IMG/VR virus record: IMGVR_UViG_3300036790_000516
Span: 1 to 54,787 of that record
Length of the DNA: 54,787 nucleotides
Direction: 5' to 3' (one strand)
Source: a virus
Lineage: Duplodnaviria > Caudoviricetes
Of the stretch, positions 8,466-17,903 are shown one piece after another. Numbering within the stretch: the first letter of the stretch is position 1; the number at the start of each line of letters is the position of its first letter. Position numbers and translations under genes: made by a program. The notes beneath the pieces were generated by a model. That model was not told where the DNA came from and did not search any database. It saw only the letters and a list, made by a program, of their open reading frames with translations.

Positions 8466-11024
8466 ATGCGGACGCGGATCATCTTTGGGATCGTCGCTGT
8501 CTTGGCGGCACTGCTGCTGCCAGCGTCCGGTTTCTGCCAATTTACCAGCGTGCAGGCCCAGGTGAAAGACGCCAACGGTAAACTCTGGTCCAACTGCACC
8601 GTCAACGCGTCCTTCGTGCCATCGCCGTCGGCGACCACCCAGCCCCTGCTCAATGGGTCGACGTTCCAGACGACGGTCCCGGTCGTGCAATGCGACTCGA
8701 TGGCCAATCTCACCCTGACGCTGGCCGACAACAATCAGGTCCAGGACGGCCACACCGCCCCGCCCGCGTCCCAGTGGAATATCAACGTGGCCTCGGACTC
8801 GGTGTGCTTCGCGGGGCAGAAGTTCTACTTCAACGCGCGATTGACGATCACCGGCGGCTCACAGAACATCACCGCCGCGCTGACCGCCGACGCTCCGATC
8901 CTGCCGACCTGCGGCGGCGGCGGCGGCGGCGACTGTCCCGGCATGACCACCGCGAATCTCGCGCAGCTCTATAATCTCAGCGGCGCGTGCGCGGGCGAGA
9001 TCTGGCTTTACAACGCCCCCGACATCACGAACTTCATCGGCGCGTCCCCGGCCCCGTTCGGCCAGCCGGTAACGACGATGGACCCGGACTTTTACTCCAT
9101 CGACGACAACTGGACCGGGTGCGACGAGTGTTCGACGGGGACGCTGCGGTCAAACGACCTGCTGCTTCAGTACTATGGGACCGACAACGTGACGCTGGGC
9201 TCGTCGGTGGACGTGCAGGCCCTCGGGCAAATCGTAATGGCGGTCGGGTCCGGTTCCTTCGAGCAAGCGGCCTATAACACGAACTCGATCACCTTCACCG
9301 ACATTGCCGACGAGAACGCCGGTGCGCTCCTGGCTGCGAACTCCGTCGATACCATGCTGGGGACGCGGCTGCAAATGTACGCGGGGGATGGCAGCAACAA
9401 CTACGTCGAACTCCGCGGCCCCCCTACGCTCGCGGCGACCGGCGTCTACACCCTGCCCGACGCCCTCCCGGCGATGGATACCAGCTACTTTCTGACCAGC
9501 GACACCATGGGCATCATGTCGTGGGCGGTCGCAGGGGGCGGCGGCGGGGGAACCATCGGAGGCTCGATCGCCTCCGGCCAGCTCGCGTTCGGCGCCGCCA
9601 CCGCGAACGACATCGAAGGCACCGCCAACGCGACGCTGGACGCCTCCGGCGACATTGACCTCGCGGGCACCATCACCGGCGGCACGCTGGCGGGCGCGGG
9701 CACCGCCTGTCTGCACGTCAATAACGCAGGCGTGGTCAGTCCGGCCAGCGGCGACTGCGCGACCGGCGGTTCCGGCTCGGTGACAGAGGTCGATACGACG
9801 ACCCCGCTTGGCGGCGGCCCCATCACGACAACCGGGACGCTAACCTGCCCCACCTGCACGACCAACGCCGCCGCCCTCACCCTTCACGCCATCGTGCTGG
9901 GCGCGGGCGGGCAGGCAACGTCGGCGCTGGGCTCGCTTGGCACGTCTACGACGGTGCTGCACGGCGCGGCGGCCGGAGCCCCGTCCTTTAGCGCCGTCGG
10001 CCTGGCCACCGACGTAACCGGCCAACTCCCCATCGCCGCCGTCGGCAGCGCCGGACTGAGCGGGACCTCGCCGATCTCGATCGCATCGACCGGCGTGATC
10101 TCCTGCTCGACCTGTTCGGCGTCATCGGGAACGGTAACCAGCGTCGCCACGACCTCGCCGATCGCCGGCGGCACGATCACCTCGACCGGGACGCTTTCCT
10201 GCCCGACCTGCATCGTCGCCCCGGCGTCGCCATCGGCGGGCGTCGGCCATTTCGCAGGCTCGACCCAGACGATTACCTCCAGCGCCGTAACGCCGTCCGA
10301 CGCCGCCGGGAACACCTCCGGCTCGGGCAACTTCTGCCTGGTGACCTCCTGCGTGATGACCACGCCGAATCTGGGAACGCCGTCGGTGGTCACGCTTACC
10401 AACGGAACCAGCCTGTCGCTGGCGACCGGGGTCGCCGGCAACCTTGGCGTTACGCACCTGAACTCCGGCACCGGCGCAACCTCGTCGACGTTCTGGCGCG
10501 GCGACGGCTCCTGGGCCTCCCCGTCCGGCAGCGGCACGGTCAACTCCGGCACGCAGTTCGCGCTGGGCGTCTACGCCACCGGCGGGACGGCCATCTCCAG
10601 CGGGCCAACGCCGCCAGCGGCGAACGGGCAGTATTTCGTCGGCTACAACGTCACAGGCAGCGCGGCGGTTACGCCAGCGGCGATCCAGTCCGGTATGACG
10701 CCGACTTCGATCAATAGCGCCGCGACCGCCTACACCATCCTCTACAGCGACAACGAGCGAACCGTGCTGATCGACGTCGCCGCGAGCAACAGCGTCACCA
10801 TCACCCTGCCGACGCCGTCCTCCCTCGGCAACGCGACGTTCACCACGCGCATCGTGAATCACTCGGCGAACGCGGCGACCATCTCGGCGACGACGTTCGA
10901 CATTCAATCGGGCACGCACGGGGCGGGGTCGACGCTGACGCTGCCGTCGGGTCAGAGCTGCCAGTTGTACGTGGACTCGTTCAATTCGTCGACTTGGGAC
11001 GCCGATTGCGTGACGTTGCAATGA
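8466..11024 (+). CDS. Tail-fibre-like protein with N-terminal signal peptide
   Basis: Signal [25 protein letters not shown]. Prealbumin-like N-domain (VKDANGK), poly-Gly hinges, VTSV...CPTC repeats, TFWRGDGSW motif, fibre-type C-domain (AYTILYSD...TITLP). Confidence 0.75.
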   Translation: MRTRIIFGIVAVLAALLLPASGFCQFTSVQAQVKDANGKLWSNCTVNASFVPSPSATTQPLLNGSTFQTTVPVVQCDSMANLTLTLADNNQVQDGHTAPPASQWNINVASDSVCFAGQKFYFNARLTITGGSQNITAALTADAPILPTCGGGGGGDCPGMTTANLAQLYNLSGACAGEIWLYNAPDITNFIGASPAPFGQPVTTMDPDFYSIDDNWTGCDECSTGTLRSNDLLLQYYGTDNVTLGSSVDVQALGQIVMAVGSGSFEQAAYNTNSITFTDIADENAGALLAANSVDTMLGTRLQMYAGDGSNNYVELRGPPTLAATGVYTLPDALPAMDTSYFLTSDTMGIMSWAVAGGGGGGTIGGSIASGQLAFGAATANDIEGTANATLDASGDIDLAGTITGGTLAGAGTACLHVNNAGVVSPASGDCATGGSGSVTEVDTTTPLGGGPITTTGTLTCPTCTTNAAALTLHAIVLGAGGQATSALGSLGTSTTVLHGAAAGAPSFSAVGLATDVTGQLPIAAVGSAGLSGTSPISIASTGVISCSTCSASSGTVTSVATTSPIAGGTITSTGTLSCPTCIVAPASPSAGVGHFAGSTQTITSSAVTPSDAAGNTSGSGNFCLVTSCVMTTPNLGTPSVVTLTNGTSLSLATGVAGNLGVTHLNSGTGATSSTFWRGDGSWASPSGSGTVNSGTQFALGVYATGGTAISSGPTPPAANGQYFVGYNVTGSAAVTPAAIQSGMTPTSINSAATAYTILYSDNERTVLIDVAASNSVTITLPTPSSLGNATFTTRIVNHSANAATISATTFDIQSGTHGAGSTLTLPSGQSCQLYVDSFNSSTWDADCVTLQ

Positions 11025-11635
11025 GAATCGCCGTCCTAGCCGCCCTCGTTATCGCCGTCGCGGCCTCGGCCGGAGCGCAGCCGCCGCCGGCCTTGGCGAC
11101 GCCGCTGGCGCTGACCGCCGTCCCCACCCCCGTCCCCACCCCGCACAGCACGATGTTGACGTGGACCGCCGGACCGCCCGTCGCTGGCGTCACCGTCGCC
11201 GGATTCAACGTCTACCGGTCGGCGACCGCAGGCGGCGAGTCCGGCACGACGCCGATCAATGGCGCGACCCCGATCCCTCCGTCGGCGACCGCCTTCACCG
11301 ACGCCACCGTCGTCGCCGGAGCAACCTCTTTCTACATCGTCGAGGCCCAATCGGCCACCGGCGCGCTTTCCCCGCCGTCGAACGAGATCCGCATCCTGAC
11401 GCCCGGCCTGACCATCACCACCGCGACCGCGACGCCCAAGGGCGCCAACACGATCTACCAGGCGTCCTGGACCGACACGCAGACGAACTCCACCTTCTAC
11501 GCGTTATTCGGCAGCGGGCGAATCGTCGCTTGGGGCGCCAATGTTTTCCATGTGTCGTGGACCGGGGCGACGCTGGCCAATCCGTACCTATCGGTGTGCG
11601 ATTCGGCGGGAAATTGCGAGACGGCCCAGCCGTGA
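11021..11635 (+). CDS. Secreted fibronectin type III domain protein
   Basis: Signal [20 protein letters not shown]; LTW...GFNVYRS...FTDATV...FYIVEA...SPPSNE. Confidence 0.8.
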   Translation: MRIAVLAALVIAVAASAGAQPPPALATPLALTAVPTPVPTPHSTMLTWTAGPPVAGVTVAGFNVYRSATAGGESGTTPINGATPIPPSATAFTDATVVAGATSFYIVEAQSATGALSPPSNEIRILTPGLTITTATATPKGANTIYQASWTDTQTNSTFYALFGSGRIVAWGANVFHVSWTGATLANPYLSVCDSAGNCETAQP

Positions 11636-11674
11636 AAGACGTTACAGGGGTTAACATCATCGCGGAGGGCAGTT

Positions 11675-11956
11675 TTGCGCGCATGGGTCGATACGATCAC
11701 GTTTGGCGACATCCTGATAATGGCGACGTTTATCGTTACGGCGATTCTCTCGTGGAGTAATCTCAACTGGCGGGTGACGATCATCGAAACCTGGAAGGAC
11801 GCCTACTATCACAGCGCCGAGAGGCAGGACACCAATATCAACCTGCTGCGGGAGAACGCCGCCAAGCTGACCGCGATCATCGAGGGCCAGGAGCGGCGGC
11901 TGATCCTGCTGGAAGACCGGCAACCCTATCCCGGCCAGCACCGGGCGGGCATCTGA
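11675..11956 (+). CDS. Single-TM plus coiled-coil protein (holin/antiholin-like)
   Basis: TM segment ILIMATFIVTAILSW followed by a heptad-like region; start codon uncertain. Confidence 0.55.
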   Translation: MRAWVDTITFGDILIMATFIVTAILSWSNLNWRVTIIETWKDAYYHSAERQDTNINLLRENAAKLTAIIEGQERRLILLEDRQPYPGQHRAGI

Positions 11957-11983
11957 GATCGAGGACGCAAAAGGAGCGATGGC

Positions 11984-12385
11984 ATGGATGTTTCCAACGT
12001 CGTTATGACCCAGTTCACGTCGAGCGCGGTCGTCGTCTACCTGATGCAGAAGGTTAAGACGGCGAAATGGTTCCCTCTGGTGCAGCAGGGACGTGCGACC
12101 GTGAATCGAATGGTCAGCATCGTCGCGGCGTTCCTGGTCGCGGTCGGCGTCTCGTGGACCTGGTCGCTCGACCAGAGCACCGGGACGCACACGCTGGTCA
12201 TCACCGGCCTGTCGGTCTACGCGCTGCTGCACGGCGCCTGGCACTGGCTCAACCAGTTCGCGCTGCAGGAGACCGTGTACCAGGCGACCGTCAACAAGGT
12301 GTCAGTGACCACCGACGCGACCGACTCGATTCCTGTTAGAGTAGCGCCCGGTGGGGCAGTCGTCGTGCCGGAGGCTAAAGCATGA
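11984..12385 (+). CDS. Holin-like membrane protein
   Basis: AAGGAG SD; 2-3 hydrophobic segments. Confidence 0.6.
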   Translation: MDVSNVVMTQFTSSAVVVYLMQKVKTAKWFPLVQQGRATVNRMVSIVAAFLVAVGVSWTWSLDQSTGTHTLVITGLSVYALLHGAWHWLNQFALQETVYQATVNKVSVTTDATDSIPVRVAPGGAVVVPEAKA

Positions 12386-12549
12386 TCTTCCAACGACCCG
12401 TACCGGGCACGCTGAACCTGATCCTCGTGGTCTTCGCCCTGGTAATGTTCGCCATCGCGGGTTTCGGCTGGCCCGCTCAGATCGAGCCGTATCGCGTAAA
12501 GTTTATCGGCGTGGGACTGTTCTTCCTGACGCTTGCAATGCTGTTCTAA
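12382..12549 (+). CDS. 55-aa two-TM membrane protein (not in ORF track)
   Basis: GGAGG SD, ATGA coupling; MIFQRPVPGTLNLILVVFALVMFAIAGFGW...FIGVGLFFLTLAMLF*. Confidence 0.7.
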   Translation: MIFQRPVPGTLNLILVVFALVMFAIAGFGWPAQIEPYRVKFIGVGLFFLTLAMLF

Positions 12550-12559
12550 AGGGGACTCA

Positions 12560-13195
12560 ATGAACCGACGCACCTTTCTTAACCGTGCGGCCCGCCTAGT
12601 GGCCGCCATCGCTGTCCTTGGCGTCTCCCTGACGCTGACCGGCTGCTCGGCGCTCACCGACCTTCTCAACTGGATTCCGGTCGGCCTGCAGGCGATCTCC
12701 TCGATCCTGTCCCTGCTGTCCGGCGCGGGCGTGGTCGTCGGCCCGGCGATCTCGACGATCATCGGGCTGATCCAGGTCGGCCTGGCCGATCTGCGTCTGG
12801 CCATCGTCGAGTATCAATCGACCGTCCCGCCGCCCGCCGGAGCCCTCGCCAAGATCGACACGTTCCTCGCCGATCTGGTGTCGAACATTGGCAACGTCCT
12901 CCAGCAGCTCCCGACCGGCCCGGCGAGCATCATCACGCTGGTCGTCGGCCTGTTCGAGCTGGTGCTGTCGACGATTGAGGGCTTTTTGATGCAGATTCCG
13001 GCCGCCGCCGCTGGAGCCCTCCCTAAAACGGATGCGGTGTTCAAGCGCGGGATGACGGTCAACGGGGTCGCGGTCTCGATCGGGCCGCGCAAGAACCTGA
13101 CCCGGCGCGCCTTTATCCGCGACTACAATCGACTCGTTGACGCGGGCGGGCAGCCAGGGGCCGCGTTGCCTGAGTCGCTGGCGCAGCATCTATGA
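12560..13195 (+). CDS. Tat-type lipoprotein with amphipathic helices
   Basis: MNRRTFL twin-arginine motif and lipobox LTG/C. Confidence 0.75.
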   Translation: MNRRTFLNRAARLVAAIAVLGVSLTLTGCSALTDLLNWIPVGLQAISSILSLLSGAGVVVGPAISTIIGLIQVGLADLRLAIVEYQSTVPPPAGALAKIDTFLADLVSNIGNVLQQLPTGPASIITLVVGLFELVLSTIEGFLMQIPAAAAGALPKTDAVFKRGMTVNGVAVSIGPRKNLTRRAFIRDYNRLVDAGGQPGAALPESLAQHL

Positions 13196-13890
13196 GCCGG
13201 CGGCGCGGAGCCCGGCCCTCCCCCCGGCACACTCTCGCAGCGGCATCGCCTCATCGCATTCTAGGCGCGACGCCAACGCGGTTCATCCGGCGGCCGGCGA
13301 ACCTGTCCATGTGGCTCAACGACGTGGACGGGGATTGCGTCACCGCCGAGGAGGCGTTCGCCAAGGGGATCGCGCCCGGCGTTTTCATCGGCGACGCCAC
13401 GGTTAGAGTCTGGGCGGCGGCCAACGACGTTCTGAATGGTACCGACCTCATCACCGTTCTCAAATTGATGCAGACGACGGGATTCGCGCAGAACGGGAGT
13501 GTCTACGACGACGGTTCGCCCGTGTCCGTCGATTGGACCAACGTTTCGGTTCTCCAAAACGCCATCGTTCAAGGCCCCGTCAAGATCGGGGTCGCTGGCG
13601 ATCAACTGGAGACCGCCGTACCGGACCCTCCAACGAACGGATGGCTGGCGACCGGTTTCACGCCCGACGCCAACCTCGATCATTGCGTGTCCCTGTGCGG
13701 ATACGGGCCGATCTGGTGGCTGCTGAACGTACTGGGGACGGGAGCGAACCCCGGACCCGTCCAGGAGGCCCCCGGCTACGCGCTGTTCACCTGGAACTCC
13801 ATCGGCGTGATCGACGCGCCCTCGCTCAACGCGATTTGCGGCGAGGCGTGGTTGCGCAGCCCGACAACGCTTTGGACCTCAAAGCGGTGA
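13192..13890 (+). CDS. Papain-like (C1-type) cysteine peptidase
   Basis: NDVDGDC (catalytic Cys), DHCVSLCGY (His), downstream TW motif. Confidence 0.65.
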   Translation: MSRRRGARPSPRHTLAAASPHRILGATPTRFIRRPANLSMWLNDVDGDCVTAEEAFAKGIAPGVFIGDATVRVWAAANDVLNGTDLITVLKLMQTTGFAQNGSVYDDGSPVSVDWTNVSVLQNAIVQGPVKIGVAGDQLETAVPDPPTNGWLATGFTPDANLDHCVSLCGYGPIWWLLNVLGTGANPGPVQEAPGYALFTWNSIGVIDAPSLNAICGEAWLRSPTTLWTSKR

Positions 13891-13915
13891 CGGCGCGACG
13901 CCCGCGTAGTAGAAT
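13887..13915 (+). promoter_or_regulatory. Possible sigma70 promoter
   Basis: GTGACG-17 nt-TAGAAT upstream of 13933. Confidence 0.4.
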
Positions 13916-13932
13916 CCGCGCGAGGTACGGCG

Positions 13933-14487
13933 ATGGCTTTTCGCAAGGACCACGATCAGGGATTGCATCATCTCGAAGAAAAGGTCAACCGTCTTGAGGA
14001 GCGCGTCGATTCAGACGAGCGTCTCAATCATCGCAGGTTCGCGGAACTGGACGCGCGGGTCACAGCGCTAGAGGCCGCGGCCAGCGATGTCCGGTTCATC
14101 ACAATCGTTCAAAACGTCCCCAATGGAGGCTCCACCATGGCTAAGCAGCGCAGATTCGCGGCAGTCGCAACGGTAGGCGTCAACGCAGGCTCGATCGGCA
14201 ACTTTTCGGCAATCCCGTCCCCGGCGGCTTCGGCCTTTGCGACCCCGCCGGTCTTCTCATCCGACAATCCGCTCGCGGTCGTGAGCATCGATACGACCGA
14301 TCCCACCGGCGCGACGGTCAACGTCGCCGTCGATCCCACCGCTACCGGCAGCTTCAACCTGTCGGCAACCTATGCCAATCCCGACGGGGTCGTAGCGACC
14401 GCCGGAACGCTGAACGTCCCGATTCTCGCCGGTCCGCCGCCGCCTCCGGTCGACGTGACCTCCATCACGATTCAGCAGAACTCCTAA
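13933..14487 (+). CDS. Coiled-coil plus Ig-like domain protein with probable internal start at 14137
   Basis: Heptad N-terminus; in-frame GGAGG-N7-ATG at 14125-14139; Ig-like segment PVFSSDNP...FNLSAT. Confidence 0.7.
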   Translation: MAFRKDHDQGLHHLEEKVNRLEERVDSDERLNHRRFAELDARVTALEAAASDVRFITIVQNVPNGGSTMAKQRRFAAVATVGVNAGSIGNFSAIPSPAASAFATPPVFSSDNPLAVVSIDTTDPTGATVNVAVDPTATGSFNLSATYANPDGVVATAGTLNVPILAGPPPPPVDVTSITIQQNS

Positions 14488-14522
14488 CCGTTTTAACCGT
14501 CTGGGCAGGGAGGGCAAGCGGC

Positions 14523-17327
14523 ATGGTTCGACGATTGCGCTGGATGATCCTATCGCTTGCCCTTTTCCTTCCCTCGCCCGCCCACGCCCAGACCGCCACC
14601 GTGACCTGGGGCACGACGTACCAAACGATCCAAGGCTTCGGCGCCGGAAACAACTATATCGGCGCGGCCATGAATCCCTACGACAGCCTTCTCATCGGGA
14701 CGCTGGGGTACTCCTCGCTGCGAATGAGCATCCCCCTGGGGACCAGCTGCAACTCGGTTTCCTCGGGCTGCGCGACCGGCCAAGACAGCGTAACCGATGC
14801 TCAGGCGATGGTGGCCTCGGGCGGCCAGGTCTGGGCCTATAACAACCAATGCACCATCGCCAATTACACGACCTACGCCACACAGGCGTCAAACTTCATC
14901 GCCAGCCTCGCCAATTTCGAAAGCGTTTCCCTGGCCTCGGTCAGCGTACTGAACGAGCCGGACATCGGCAGCTGCGTGCAGGGCGTCGTGGCGTCGGGTT
15001 CCGACGTTGACACCATCGTCCGAAACTTCGGCAGCGCCCTGTCGTCCGCCGGGCAAAGCACCCTGATCATGATGCCGGAGTCGTCCCTCTACAGTTCGCT
15101 GACCGGCGTGGCGGGAACCTGCGCGGGAGACTCCGGCTGCTTTAACCTGGTTGGAGTCGTCGCCTACCATGGGTACGACGCGCCCTCCTCGCCTGCCGAT
15201 CCTTATGGCAATCCGCCCGTGATGTGGGAGACGGAAGCTTCTGCGGGTCCCGGCTACGGTCCGAATGCCCCTGGCTGTTCCGGCGGCCAGTGGTGTCCGA
15301 CGATTGCCGATGCCCTCATGTGGGCAGGACTTGTGGACGACGCCATGGCCGCCGGCAACAGCGCCTACCATTACTTCTGGTTTGTGGACCCCGACAACGG
15401 TTTCGACGGCTGCAACACCTGCAATTTTGCGCTGATCAATCCCACGGAAAGCACGCCCATTTCGATTCGCGCCTATGCAATCGCGCAGTGGGCCAAGTTC
15501 GTGCGGCCGGGTTGGGTGCGCATCGACGTTACCCACAATCCACTGAGCGGAGTGACCTGCACGGCCTTCAAGGACCCCGGGGGCAGCGGAAAGTTCGCCA
15601 TCGTCTGCCCGAACCAAAACGGTTCGAGCCGGGGGATCGCGTACAATTTTTCCGGATTCACAGCCGCGTCCGTGACGCCCTACATAACCGACTCGACCAG
15701 GACGGTCACCGCGCAGACGCCGATCGCCGCCGGAAGTTCGTTCTCCGCAACGCTTGCGGCGGATAGCGTGACGACATTCTTTGGCACCAGCGGCGCTCCG
15801 CCTCCGCCGACGACCACTTTCTACGCATCGACGTCCAGCGGAAGCGACTCGAACGCCGGAACCAGGACGAGCCCCTGGTATCACATCCCAGGCATGACTG
15901 GCGTCACGGGCGTTCCGGCTGCGCACACCGTCGCGGCTGGTGACAGCTACATCCTCAAGGGTGGCGATACCTGGCCTGCCGCGGCCTTCCCGATGCAGCA
16001 GGTGTTTACGGGCAGCAGCTCCAGCACGTCGCCCGTCGGTTGCACCGGGTCGGGCTGCATTTACATCGGCGTGGACCAAACGTGGTTCACCGGAGGCTCG
16101 TGGACGAGGCCAATCTTTAACGGCGGCAACACGCAAGTCGGAACCTATCCGGGCGGAATTCAGAGCGTGGTCGACCTCTATGGCGGCTACTTCGTCCTCG
16201 ACAACATCGAGTTCACCGGCTGGTGGCAGACCGTCAACACGGCGACCACCTGGTCGATCATCAGCATTCGCGCGAGCCAAACCGAGGTAAGGAACAACTA
16301 CATTCACGGCTGGGGGCACGGCGGCACGGCCACGGAGGACAATGCGAGGTTCATCAGCAGCGGCGCGAGCTGCCCGCCTGACATGACCAGCGAGATTGAC
16401 AGCAACGCGATCGACGGTGCCGATACCACGATGGACATGGGCTTTGGCATGGGCGTCGCGGAAGGCTACGTCTATAACAACTATGTCGCGGACACCGTGA
16501 CGCTGATGTTCGGAACCGCTCGCTACTGGTTCGGCAACACGCTGATCGACTCCGGCCCCGACGCGTTCGACCCCGGCTCCCATGGAAATGTGATCGAATC
16601 CGCCGGCTGCCAGATGATCGCGTTCAATAACTACAGCAACGGGGCATACCTCGGGTCGAGCTTCTTCAACACGCCGGTGGACGGCAGCGTCGACTATGAC
16701 TTCAACAACGTGCTGGTCAACCAGGACGGCGTGCAGGCGATTCAGGTGGACGGAGATGGCCTCTCGACGGGCGCTGGATCGGGAATCTACATTTTCAACA
16801 ACATCCTGCAAGAAGGCGCGGCTCAGGGTGGCAATCCGATCAGCCTTCCCACGCGCGGCGGCACGCTGCCGTTCGCCACCATCTACAACAATTTCATGAT
16901 CGCGACAAACGCCACGGTCAACCCAGGCAGCCACACAACGACCATCACGCAATCGAACCAACTGGGCGTCACCAATGCAGCAGCGGCATCGGACGGGTAC
17001 ACGTTCAGCGGAGCCTATCCATTCCTCTCCCCACGTTCATCCTCGCCGACGGTTGCGACGGGCCAGACGGCATCCACCATGAACGCCATTTGTTCCGGGA
17101 TTCCTTCCACAGCGCTGGCTCCAGCAGCAACAGCCTGCCGGAGCGATTCGGCTGTCGGCGTGGGCTACAGAACCACAAACCACACGGTGATCGTCCCGAA
17201 CCGCACGGCGCTTCTGAGGCCCGGTAGCGGCCCGTGGGACATTGGCGCATATCAATTTTCGAGTACGCCGCCGCCGCCGCCGTCGGCGCCGCCGCCCCCG
17301 ACGGGGCTCAAGGGAGTGCCGTTCTGA
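14523..17327 (+). CDS. Secreted GH30-like glycoside hydrolase fused to a parallel beta-helix domain
   Basis: Signal ...PAHA/Q. GH30 motifs YQTIQGFG, LNEPD (acid/base), AYHGY, WETE (nucleophile), QWAKFVRPGWVRI. Second domain FYAS..GSDSNAGT..SPW...GDSYILKGG; ends DIGAYQ...PPTGL. Confidence 0.85.
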   Translation: MVRRLRWMILSLALFLPSPAHAQTATVTWGTTYQTIQGFGAGNNYIGAAMNPYDSLLIGTLGYSSLRMSIPLGTSCNSVSSGCATGQDSVTDAQAMVASGGQVWAYNNQCTIANYTTYATQASNFIASLANFESVSLASVSVLNEPDIGSCVQGVVASGSDVDTIVRNFGSALSSAGQSTLIMMPESSLYSSLTGVAGTCAGDSGCFNLVGVVAYHGYDAPSSPADPYGNPPVMWETEASAGPGYGPNAPGCSGGQWCPTIADALMWAGLVDDAMAAGNSAYHYFWFVDPDNGFDGCNTCNFALINPTESTPISIRAYAIAQWAKFVRPGWVRIDVTHNPLSGVTCTAFKDPGGSGKFAIVCPNQNGSSRGIAYNFSGFTAASVTPYITDSTRTVTAQTPIAAGSSFSATLAADSVTTFFGTSGAPPPPTTTFYASTSSGSDSNAGTRTSPWYHIPGMTGVTGVPAAHTVAAGDSYILKGGDTWPAAAFPMQQVFTGSSSSTSPVGCTGSGCIYIGVDQTWFTGGSWTRPIFNGGNTQVGTYPGGIQSVVDLYGGYFVLDNIEFTGWWQTVNTATTWSIISIRASQTEVRNNYIHGWGHGGTATEDNARFISSGASCPPDMTSEIDSNAIDGADTTMDMGFGMGVAEGYVYNNYVADTVTLMFGTARYWFGNTLIDSGPDAFDPGSHGNVIESAGCQMIAFNNYSNGAYLGSSFFNTPVDGSVDYDFNNVLVNQDGVQAIQVDGDGLSTGAGSGIYIFNNILQEGAAQGGNPISLPTRGGTLPFATIYNNFMIATNATVNPGSHTTTITQSNQLGVTNAAAASDGYTFSGAYPFLSPRSSSPTVATGQTASTMNAICSGIPSTALAPAATACRSDSAVGVGYRTTNHTVIVPNRTALLRPGSGPWDIGAYQFSSTPPPPPSAPPPPTGLKGVPF

Positions 17328-17351
17328 TCGCCGATACGCGACGCCGATCCG

Positions 17352-17777
17352 ATGCCCTGGACCTACCAAATCGTCAACGGAGGGATGCGCTGGCCCGCCG
17401 GGAATCTCCTCGCGCAAGGGTATAGCGGCGCGCCAGGGGCAGTGAACAATCCCGCGATGATCGCCGTCGCCGATTACGGGCCGATCCCGGTCGGCGCGTG
17501 GGAGATCGGCGCGCCCTATGACGACGCCGAGACCGGACCGTTTACGCTGCCGCTCACGCCGACCGCTACGACCGAGACGTTCGGGCGAACCGGATTCAAG
17601 ATCCACGGGGACGACATCGCGCTGGCGGGACTGGAGAGGGCGTCAAAAGGATGCATCGTGCTCGGGAGGTTCGCGCGGGAGGCGATCTGGGCGAACGAGG
17701 ACCGGCGGCTGAACGTCGTAGCGGCGTCGGCGCTGGAGACGACGATGCCCGCGCTACCGGTCGAGGAGATAACTTAG
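17352..17777 (+). CDS. Tlde1/DUF2778 (L,D-transpeptidase fold) protein, candidate endolysin
   Basis: GYSG, GPIP.G.W, GR.GF.IHGD and ASKGCI motifs (His...S.GC). Confidence 0.8.
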   Translation: MPWTYQIVNGGMRWPAGNLLAQGYSGAPGAVNNPAMIAVADYGPIPVGAWEIGAPYDDAETGPFTLPLTPTATTETFGRTGFKIHGDDIALAGLERASKGCIVLGRFAREAIWANEDRRLNVVAASALETTMPALPVEEIT

Positions 17778-17903
17778 CGCCCACGACACCACGAACGCGG
17801 CGCCGACACAGAGCGCCAGGTCGACCGTTACGACGACCGCCCAGAACGCCGCCTGCCGCCAGCCGTTCCACGGGAGATCGTCGTTGTCGGACATCGCAGT
17901 CAT
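17754..17903 (-). CDS. Small membrane protein (49 aa)
   Basis: ATGA coupling to the ATPase stop; one hydrophobic segment. Confidence 0.5.
   Translation of the reverse strand: MTAMSDNDDLPWNGWRQAAFWAVVVTVDLALCVGAAFVVSWALSYLLDR

Noticed and set aside
9760-10220. Repeats in the fibre gene as a DGR template/variable pair or CRISPR array
   Set aside because: They are degenerate protein-level repeats; no adenine-specific mismatch pattern, no reverse transcriptase, no repeat-spacer periodicity.
14889-16961. 690-aa minus-strand ORF (and similar ones at 42054-43517, 52704-54380, 28201-29451)
   Set aside because: Antisense shadows of high-GC3 genes, with no motifs or SDs.
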